A stretch of DNA of 64,000 nucleotides, taken from assembly GCA_965223415.1 (NCBI GenBank), contig OZ245002.1, positions 1,536,001 through 1,600,000 of the forward strand, read 5' to 3'. This stretch comes from Myxococcota bacterium. Lineage in GTDB: Bacteria; Myxococcota_A; UBA9160; UBA6930. Both the position numbers and the translations under genes were made by a program. A model generated the notes under the pieces. The model was not told the origin of the DNA. It saw only the letters and a program-made list of their open reading frames with translations, and did not search any database. Of this stretch, positions 55,670-64,000 are shown piece by piece (position 1 is the stretch's first letter; every line of letters starts with the position of its first letter).

Positions 55670-58538
55670 GCGAGGACCACGTCGACCCGGGTGTCGCGAT
55701 CCGTGTGGCTCGGCTGCATGGCGATCCCCATCGGCCGCATGTGGAACTGTCCGCCTGCCAGCTCGACCGGGTTGAGTGGCGAGGGGATCAGGTTCTGGAA
55801 GCCCTTCTGGCCCTTGAACTGGAAGTTCTCCCAGGCGTGGTAGACGATCACCTCGCCCGGCCGCACCGACGGCGCCACTTTGGCGATGATCTCGAAGGCG
55901 TCGAGATCGTTGAACACCTTCACGCGATCGCCGTCCGCGATGCCGCGCGCCTCGGCGTCTTCGGCACTCATCCACATGGCGGGCTCTCCGCGCTGGAGCT
56001 GGAGCATGAGCTTGTCGTCACGCCACGCCGAGTGGATGCTCCAGCGGGTGTGGCCCCCACTGAGGATCAGCGGATGGTTGCCGCCCGCCATCGGCGGCTC
56101 CTTGTGCGTCGGGAGCTGCTCGCCCAGCTCCACGTAGAGCTCCTGGTCGAGATGGAACTGCATCCGGCGCGAGAGGGTCGGATATGGCTTCTTGTCCACG
56201 ACGTGGTAGGTGAGCGGGGTGATCGTGTCGTCGGGCGGCACGTCGGCCTGGGTGCCGATCGAGCCCAGGCTGTTGCCGAGGCTGGTGAAGCGCGCCCAGC
56301 CCTTCTTCTTGAGCGCGTCCCAGGAAACGCCTTCCAGGTTGGTGGACTGCTCGATGATCCGGGCCGCCACCTTCTCGTCGTCGGTGTGGCCGTAGGTTCC
56401 GCCGGAGGAGAAGGATTCGTAGAGGCCCTCGAAGGAACGGGGGAGGCCGTTGCGATCCTCGAAGTTCGTGACGCCTCGCGCAGCAGCGGCCTTGTCCACC
56501 GCCTCGGCGAGGCGCGAGAAGATCTCCCAGTCGGACTTGGCTTCGTAGAAGCTCGTCGCCTTCTCGCCCGCGTGGATGAACGGCATCAGCGGCGTCACCC
56601 ACTTGTGCTCGCTCCGCTCGTACCAGGCGGCGGCCGGCAGCACGAAGTCCGACCAGAGCCCGGTGGACGTCATCCGCCAGTCGATCGTGACCATGGTCCG
56701 CAGCTTCGGCCAGAGGTGCTCGAGCACCAGCGGGTAGCTTCGGATGCGCCGTAGCGGGTTGCTGACGAGCGAGAACATCACCCGAGGGTCGTTGCCGGGC
56801 TTGGGCCAGACGTACTGCCAACCCTTGTCGAGGGATTCCTGGAGAACTTCCTTGATCGGCCGCTTCAGGTGGGGATCCCACTCCTGGAGCCGCTCGCTCG
56901 CATGGATCAGGCCACCGTGGATGTACCAGAACATGGCACCGGAGGTCTGGTTGCCCGATTCGAAGCTCGCCCGGCTCTGCTCGTAGACGATCATCTCGTC
57001 GGTGAAGCCTTTGAGCTTGAGGCGCGCCTCGTCGACCAGGCGCATGGAGCCCACCAACGCCTGGATCGGACGACCCATGGCCTCGATGATGAAACTCTCG
57101 AGGCCGTCCTGGGTGAGGAAGGGGAAGCCGACGAAGCCGCTGCCCTTCTTGCCGTAGTTGCCCGTGAGGGCGTAGACCAGCGCCTGGGTCCGCTCGGTGA
57201 GGTTGCCGTGGTAGGCCTTGCTGAAGTTGCTGGTGGTGACCATGCACGCCGACTTCGCCTCGGCGAAGCGGCGGGCCAGCTCCCGGATCATCCCGGGAGG
57301 CGTTCCGCACAGCTTCGAAGCCTCCTCGGGCCCGTAGCTCGCCAGATGCTCGCGCAACCGCGCGTAGACGGTTCGCACCGCGACGCGCTTGCCATCGTGG
57401 AGGGTCACCTCGCTCGCGCCTTCCAGCTCCGGCCGGAGATCGCCGAGCTCGAGGGTGCGGCGCGGCGCCGGCACGGCCCCGCGCTCGGTGTCGAGGAGGT
57501 AGAGCTCCTCCTCGTCCCCACCCCGCTCCATGTCCGAGCCCCGCAGGAAGAGCCCTGTGTCCTCACGCACGAGCAGGGGGAGATCGGTCTGCTCGGTGAC
57601 GAACTCCCGATCGACGAGACCGTCTTCCACCAGCACCTGGCAGATCCCGAGCCCCAGTGCCGCATCGCCCCCCGGCTTCACGGGAACCCACAGGTCCGCA
57701 TGGATCGAGGAGGGATTGAAGTCCGGCGTGATGCAGACGATCTGGGCGCCGTTGTAGCGGGCCTCGGTCAGGAAGTGGGCGTTGGGGATCTGGGTGTAGT
57801 AGGGGTTCGACCCCCAGCAGACGATCATGTCCGAGAAGAAGTAGTCGTCGGCCGAGCGCTCGAAGAGGATCTTGCCGAAGGTCTCCCCGACGCCCCGGTG
57901 CCCGTCGCCGATCTCGGTGTTCATGTCGAGGCTGGTGGAATCGAGCAGGACCGCGAGCCGCGCCTGCCCCGCGGTCTGGGTGCCCGTGGTGATGCCCGGG
58001 CCCTGGTCCCAGATGATCCGGTCGGTTCCCTCCTCGACGACGGTCGTGACCATCGACTCGGCGATCTCGCCCAGGGCCTCGTCCCAGGAGACCCGCTTCC
58101 AGCGGCCCGAGCCCCGCTCGCCGGCGCGCTTCAGCGGGTAGCGGACGCGGGCCGGATCGTACATGCGCTCGCTGAAGCACGCGCCCTTCTGGCAGCCCCG
58201 CGGATTGAAGTCCGGGACGTCCGGGCGGATCTGCGGGTAGTCCGCTGCCTGCTCCTCCCGCCACACGAGGCCGTCCTTGACGTAGACGTTCCAGGCACAG
58301 TGAGCCTGGTACCAGCAGTTCACCCAGTGGCTACTGCGCACGACCTTGTCCCACGCCCAGCGCTCGCGGTAGACGTCCCGCCAATCGCCGTACTCCGGCG
58401 GTGCGGGCACTCCCTCGGGCAGCATCTCGGGCGGCGCCTCCTCCCGGCAGCTCAGGCTGCCGAGCCCGAGGGTGAGGGTGGCCCCGCCGGCCAGAGCGGC
58501 CTGCAGGAACTCACGGCGGTCGAGGAAGAGGTCGCGGC

Positions 58539-58542
<4 letters not shown>
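55666..58542 (-). CDS. Type II DMSO-reductase-family Mo-bisPGD catalytic alpha subunit, ethylbenzene dehydrogenase-like
   Basis: Tat DRREFL; FS0 HWVNCWYQAHC...NPRGCQKG; DMNTEIGD; TQIPNAHFLTEARYNG; HTRWSIHS. Confidence 0.92.
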
Positions 58543-59563
<1,021 letters not shown>

Positions 59564-59567
<4 letters not shown>

Positions 59568-60241
59568 GCGCCGCTCCCGCCGGGCGGCAGCGCGTCGAGA
59601 TCGAGTGCCCGCCACTCGAAGCCCGAGACTGCCTTGATGCCGGCCCGCTCGCCGTTTCCGCCTTCCCACACCGCGACGCCGAAGCCGATGCTTCCGCCGG
59701 GGGAGAGCTGGACCACCGGTTCCGTTCCCTCCGACCGGAGGGCGCGTGCGATCACGACGTGCCAACGCCCGCTCTGCCAGGAGCCCCGGGCCCGGACCCG
59801 CTCGCCGCCCAGGGTGCGCGAGGTCCCGAGGCCCTCGGCGACGACGTCACGCCCACCTTCGCCGTCGGCCCGCCAGTACCATGCGTTCACCGCCTGGCCC
59901 GGCGCCCCCATCGTCACGAGCGGCGCTCCCTCGGCCACGGGGAACGCCACCGCCGCGGCGTCGGCGAAACGATCGTTGTCGTCCACGGTCCGGCTCTCGC
60001 TCGGGTCGGCCCACTCGAGGCGGAGCGCCAGGTGGCGACCCTCGTGGAGCGCGGCCAGGTCCACACCACCGACCGCGCCGATCGTCTTCCCGGCCCAGGC
60101 GGCGCGGATGGCGCCGGTGGGCTGGAGCCCGAGAGGTGTGCCTTCGAGCTTCAGGTGCTCGCGCGCCTGCTTCTTCCAGGCGCCGGCGTGTGGATCGAGC
60201 AGCTCCTCGATCCCGACCCCGGCCAGGTAGCTCGCCCGCAC
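59564..60241 (-). CDS. Heme b gamma subunit (EbdC-like)
   Basis: GAGGAGG RBS; RLEWAD, FADAAAVAFP, TMG (Met ligand), VNAWYWRAD, AVWEGGNGERAGIK (Lys ligand). Confidence 0.9.
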
Positions 60242-60272
60242 CGCATCCTCCTCGGTGCCCCGTCCCGAGGCC

Positions 60273-60288
60273 TGCCAGGAACGTGCCA
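60273..60288 (-). promoter_or_regulatory. sigma54 (-24/-12) promoter of the molybdoenzyme operon
   Basis: Minus strand TGGCACGTTCCTGGCA = TGGCACG-N4-TgGCA with exact GG-N10-GC spacing, 31 nt upstream of the GTG start. Confidence 0.7.
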
Positions 60289-60453
60289 CTCGAGCGGGCC
60301 GGTGCCGTCGCCCGACGTCACAGGCTGGGACTGCAGGGGGCAGACCGGCTTTCGCTGGGGCAGCGGGCCGCAGTCTGCAGAAGCTGCATCTTCGGGTGGG
60401 AACTCGCCAAGGAAACTGCGACAGTGGAATCGTGCCAGAGGGAGAGCGCGGCC

Positions 60454-61032
60454 ATGGACATCGATCCCGCGATCCGGACCCCGGAGGACGTCGAGGTCCT
60501 CATCTACTCCTACTACCGCGACGCGGAGATGCACGGGTCGAACCTGCTCCTGCGTCTGATGCGCGTACTCAAGGATCCACAGTCCCAGGTGAACCTCACC
60601 CGTCACCTGGCGGACGAGGCCCGCCACGCATGGATCTGGACGAGGCGGATCCGCGAGCTCGGCCGGGCGCCGATCTCGGTGAACGACGGCTACCAGGTTC
60701 GCATGGGCCGGCGGGCGGGCATGACCCGCGACCCGCTGAACCTCCTGGCGCTCACCTACGTCGCCGAGAACCGCGCCGTTGCCCGCTACGAGGAGCACCT
60801 GAAGCGGCCGGACGTCGCGGATGAGACCGGGGAGGTGCTACGGGTCGTGACCGGCGACGAGTTCTGGCACATCAAGTGGGTCCACGAGAAGGCCTTGGAG
60901 CTCGCGGAAGAGGCGGGCGGTAGGGAGCTCGCCGACCAGGCCATCGCGCGATACCAGGAGATCGACCGCGCGGTCCTGGCCGAGCTCGCCGAGTTCGAGG
61001 AGGCGCTCGAGAAGCGCGCGGCGGCGGCCTAG
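60454..61032 (+). CDS. Ferritin-like di-iron domain protein
   Basis: DAE...DEARH...AE...DEFWH paired ExxH motifs; GGGAG RBS. Confidence 0.85.
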   Translation: MDIDPAIRTPEDVEVLIYSYYRDAEMHGSNLLLRLMRVLKDPQSQVNLTRHLADEARHAWIWTRRIRELGRAPISVNDGYQVRMGRRAGMTRDPLNLLALTYVAENRAVARYEEHLKRPDVADETGEVLRVVTGDEFWHIKWVHEKALELAEEAGGRELADQAIARYQEIDRAVLAELAEFEEALEKRAAAA

Positions 61033-61034
61033 GC

Positions 61035-62330
61035 CTAGCGGGTCTCGAAGTAGTCGAGCAGCGCGCCGCCCTCGCGCAGCTGCTCGCGGAGGATCTGGGG
61101 GTCGACGGCGCCCACGTCGCCGCCCTTCTCCAGCGCGAGCGCGGCCGCTCGCCCCGCGGCCTCGCCCACGGCCATGCAGGCCGGGATCTCCTTCGTCGCG
61201 TGGTGGACGCGGTGGTCGACCGAGATGATGCGCCCCGCGGCCAGGAGGTTGGTGCGCTCGCGGGGCAGAAGACAGCGATAGGGGATGGCGTAGACCGCGT
61301 CGTACTTGGTCCAGTGCCCGGTCACGCAGATGGCGTCCTCGGCCGGCAGGTCCATCTCATTCCGCGTGAGGACGTGCCGGCCCACCAGCCGGCGGCTCTC
61401 GGTGATGCCGAGCTGCGTGGCGATGTTGCAGAGGTGCGCGTTCCGCATCTCGGGCACGTTCTCTCGCAGCTGCTCGAACTCCTCCATCACCATGCGCCGG
61501 CACTCGACCTCGGCGAAGGTGAGGTCTCGGGGGTCGGTAGCGTCGATCTTGCGCTCGATGCGCGCCGCCGAGCCCCAGGGCAGGAGGAGCACGCCCTCGT
61601 TCGGCGTGCGGAACCAGCCGGGCCCCTTCATGGCGCCGGCCAGCACCGCGTCGACGTCGTTCACCCCGCCCACGCGGAACCAGAGCCAGGGGTGCACGCG
61701 CTCCAGCTCCGTCTCGCATCCCGCCGAGGCGAGCAGGTCGGCGTCCCCGGTCGCATCGATCACCACGTCGGCGAGGATCGCGTGGCGACCGGCCTTGGAC
61801 TGGAAGCACACGCCGCGGACGCGATCCCCTTCGACGAGGGAGTCGGCGCCCCACATGTGGAAGAGCAGCCGGACGCCCGCCTCCCGGACCAGCTCCGAGA
61901 GCACGAAGCGGAGCTGCTCCGGGTCGTAGGCGACCGCGTAGCGCACGCGATGATGGGCCTTCGCGCCGCCCCAGATGAGCCCCCAGCGGAAGTAGCGCGC
62001 CACCAGCTCCGGCTCGTCACTGCCCCACTCCGCCGGCGGCGGATGGAAGGCGTGCCCGTCCGCGACCATGCGGCGGGTGATCTCCTCGCAGAGCCCGCCG
62101 ATCACCGGCTGGCCGCGTCCGTCGTCGAGGGTCAGGAGCAGCGCGATCAGCCCGCCGGTAGCGAGCCCTCCGAGCGACCCGTAGCGCTCGACCAGGGTGA
62201 CCTCGGCTCCCGCGCGAGCGGCGGCCACGGCGGCGCAGACCCCCGCACTCCCGCCGCCGACCACCAGCACCTCGGTGCGGGCGAGCACGGGAGTGTCGCG
62301 TGCGGGCTCGTGGATCGTCTCGGTCGGCAC
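61035..62330 (-). CDS. FAD-dependent oxidoreductase (FAD_oxidored family)
   Basis: VVGGGSAG, LGGLATGG, IDATGDAD, GITESRR, IPYRCLLP, GEAAG. Confidence 0.92.
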   Translation of the reverse strand: MPTETIHEPARDTPVLARTEVLVVGGGSAGVCAAVAAARAGAEVTLVERYGSLGGLATGGLIALLLTLDDGRGQPVIGGLCEEITRRMVADGHAFHPPPAEWGSDEPELVARYFRWGLIWGGAKAHHRVRYAVAYDPEQLRFVLSELVREAGVRLLFHMWGADSLVEGDRVRGVCFQSKAGRHAILADVVIDATGDADLLASAGCETELERVHPWLWFRVGGVNDVDAVLAGAMKGPGWFRTPNEGVLLLPWGSAARIERKIDATDPRDLTFAEVECRRMVMEEFEQLRENVPEMRNAHLCNIATQLGITESRRLVGRHVLTRNEMDLPAEDAICVTGHWTKYDAVYAIPYRCLLPRERTNLLAAGRIISVDHRVHHATKEIPACMAVGEAAGRAAALALEKGGDVGAVDPQILREQLREGGALLDYFETR

Positions 62331-62741
62331 CCTGTGTTGCTAACCCCGTTCCAGGCGGACCGCAACGTGCGGCGAACACGGGTGAGGCCCGACGGCATCG
62401 TCTCCTGGCGCAGCGACCAGCATCCGGCGGCTTGGCTCAGCCAGGTGTGCGGAGCGTAGTTCGCGGCGACGGAAAGACGGCGATGGGCGCCGTCCTAGTG
62501 CGATCATCGCCGGCACCGCCCTGCACCCTGGTGAACCTGCGCGGCACCGGGGGCTGGACGCTTCGGGGCGTGGTGTGGGGCCTCGCGATCCTGGGCATCG
62601 CGCTTCAGGCGGCCCTCCCCCAGCTTGCCCAACGCCTTTCTCCTGCGTCCTCGGCTACGTGAACCCGGCGGTTCCGTGAGCGCCTGATCGCGCGAGACCC
62701 GGGCGGATCCGGGCGACAGGGCGCCGTATACTCGCGACCCC

Positions 62742-63797
62742 ATGTCCTGGCGCGTGCTCCAGTGGTCCACCGGAAACGTCGGGCGAGCCAGCCTGCGGGC
62801 CGTGCTCGCCCATCCCGAGCTGGAGCTGGCCGGCGTCTTCGCCCACGGCGCCGAGAAGAACGGAGTCGACGTGGGCGCGCTCCTGCGTCGGGACGACGTC
62901 GGCATCTCCGTCACGAACGACCTCGACGAGGCCCTGGCCCTCGATGTCGACTGCGTTCTCCACATGCCGCTGCCGTCCCAGCGCTACGGCGACGCCCCCG
63001 GCCGGGACCTGGACGACCTCTGCCGGTTGCTGAGCCGGGGCCGGAACGTCGTAACCACCGTCGGCTACGTCTACCCGCGCGCCTACGGAGACGACGTCGT
63101 CGAACGCCTCGAGGCCGCCTGCGCCGAGGGCGGCGTCTCCCTACACGGGACGGGAACCAACCCAGGCTGGCTGGCGGAGCTCCTGCCCCTCGTCCTGACG
63201 GGCCTCTCCGAACGCATCGACCGGATCCGCGTGCTCGAGTCGACGGACTTCTCGTTCTACCCGTCACGGGACGTCATCTTCGAAATGATGGGGCTCGGCA
63301 CCCCGCCCGAGCAGTTCGAGGCGAGCTCCGAGCGCTACGTCGACTGGCTCTCGGGGCTCTTCCGCGAGAGCTTGTGGATGCTGTCCGACGGCCTGGCCCT
63401 GGATCTCGAGGAGGAGACGCGCTCGGTCGAGCTGGTCGTCGCCGACGAGGCCTTCGAGATCGCGGCCGGTCGCGTCGAGGCGGGCACGATCGCGGCGCAG
63501 CGCTTCCGTTGGACGGGCAACCGGGACGGGAAGGAGCGCATCGTGCTCGAGGCCGTCTACCGGGCCAACGGAGAGGTCGCGCCGGAGTGGGCCGCGCCCG
63601 GCTGCAAGGTCGAGATCGAGGGACGCCCGCGCCTGAACCTGGACCTCGGCGAAGGCTGGGTCTCCAACGCGCTGGCGGCCACGGCCATGCACGCGGTGCA
63701 CGCTGTGGCCCCGGTCTGCCGGGCGGAGCCGGGCATCCGCACCTTTCTGGATCTGCCGCTGATCGTCGGGCGGCATGCCTTCCGCGGAGCGAAGTGA
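62742..63797 (+). CDS. NAD(P)-dependent dehydrogenase, DapB-N / 2,4-diaminopentanoate (amine) dehydrogenase-like
   Basis: [40 protein letters not shown]...DLP. Confidence 0.85.
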   Translation: MSWRVLQWSTGNVGRASLRAVLAHPELELAGVFAHGAEKNGVDVGALLRRDDVGISVTNDLDEALALDVDCVLHMPLPSQRYGDAPGRDLDDLCRLLSRGRNVVTTVGYVYPRAYGDDVVERLEAACAEGGVSLHGTGTNPGWLAELLPLVLTGLSERIDRIRVLESTDFSFYPSRDVIFEMMGLGTPPEQFEASSERYVDWLSGLFRESLWMLSDGLALDLEEETRSVELVVADEAFEIAAGRVEAGTIAAQRFRWTGNRDGKERIVLEAVYRANGEVAPEWAAPGCKVEIEGRPRLNLDLGEGWVSNALAATAMHAVHAVAPVCRAEPGIRTFLDLPLIVGRHAFRGAK

Positions 63798-64000
63798 GCG
63801 CCCCGTCGCCGCTGCACGCGTTTCCCCGCGTCGGTCTGGCCCAACTGCCGACGGCGGTCGAGCCCCTTCCGCGCCTCTCGGCCGAGCTGCCGGGCCCGGA
63901 GGTCTGGGTCAAGCGGGACGACTGCACGGGCCTCGGCATGGGCGGAAACAAGGTCCGCAAGCTCGAGTACCTGCTGGGGCAGGCGTTGGTCGACGGCGTG
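63794..64000 (+). CDS. D-cysteine desulfhydrase / ACC deaminase family PLP enzyme, 3'-truncated
   Basis: GTGA coupling; [34 protein letters not shown]. Confidence 0.88.
   Translation, partial: MSAPSPLHAFPRVGLAQLPTAVEPLPRLSAELPGPEVWVKRDDCTGLGMGGNKVRKLEYLLGQALVDGV

Noticed and set aside
60422..60440. Second TGGCACG on the minus strand as a sigma54 site
   Set aside because: There is no GC at the -12 position.
62331..62741. Small membrane ORF (about 62531-62662) or ncRNA in a 410-nt gap; GACGGCG-N5-CGCCGTC hairpin at 62476-62494
   Set aside because: No clear RBS or family motif, and a 7-bp GC hairpin is expected by chance.

Overview
64 kb of high-GC, densely coding bacterial chromosome with about 60 genes. 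Most are catabolic or redox enzymes (SDRs, SnoaL/NTF2 proteins, nitroreductases, acyl-CoA enzymes, LLM, BVMO, WS/DGAT, serine hydrolases) and transporters (RND, 4 MFS, ABC-2). The gene content resembles Myxococcota/Binatia-like heterotrophs (inference only). I saw no rRNA, tRNA or CRISPR array. Highlights: (1) a selenoprotein that the ORF track splits in two: a PrdB/GrdB-family protein (33640-34431, minus) with an in-frame UGA in a U-x-x-C motif followed by a SECIS-like hairpin. It sits among lipid genes with no Stickland reductase partners and has been separated from its upstream gene by an intact IS5-family element inserted at that gene's stop codon. (2) An ethylbenzene-dehydrogenase-type molybdoenzyme operon (54534-60241) with a sigma54-type promoter, a gamma-beta-alpha-delta gene order, an extra membrane cytochrome b and an altered active-site loop. 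(3) A deacylase / PLP phospho-lyase-like / kinase / MFS cluster. (4) Two long perfect palindromes sharing a GGGGACGTTCCT core, and a 32-bp tandem repeat. (5) An Asp-type (fosfomycin-insensitive type) MurA, a benzaldehyde-lyase-like ThDP enzyme and a tandem active/inactive M48-PDZ protease. All family calls come from motif recognition by eye, not from database searches.
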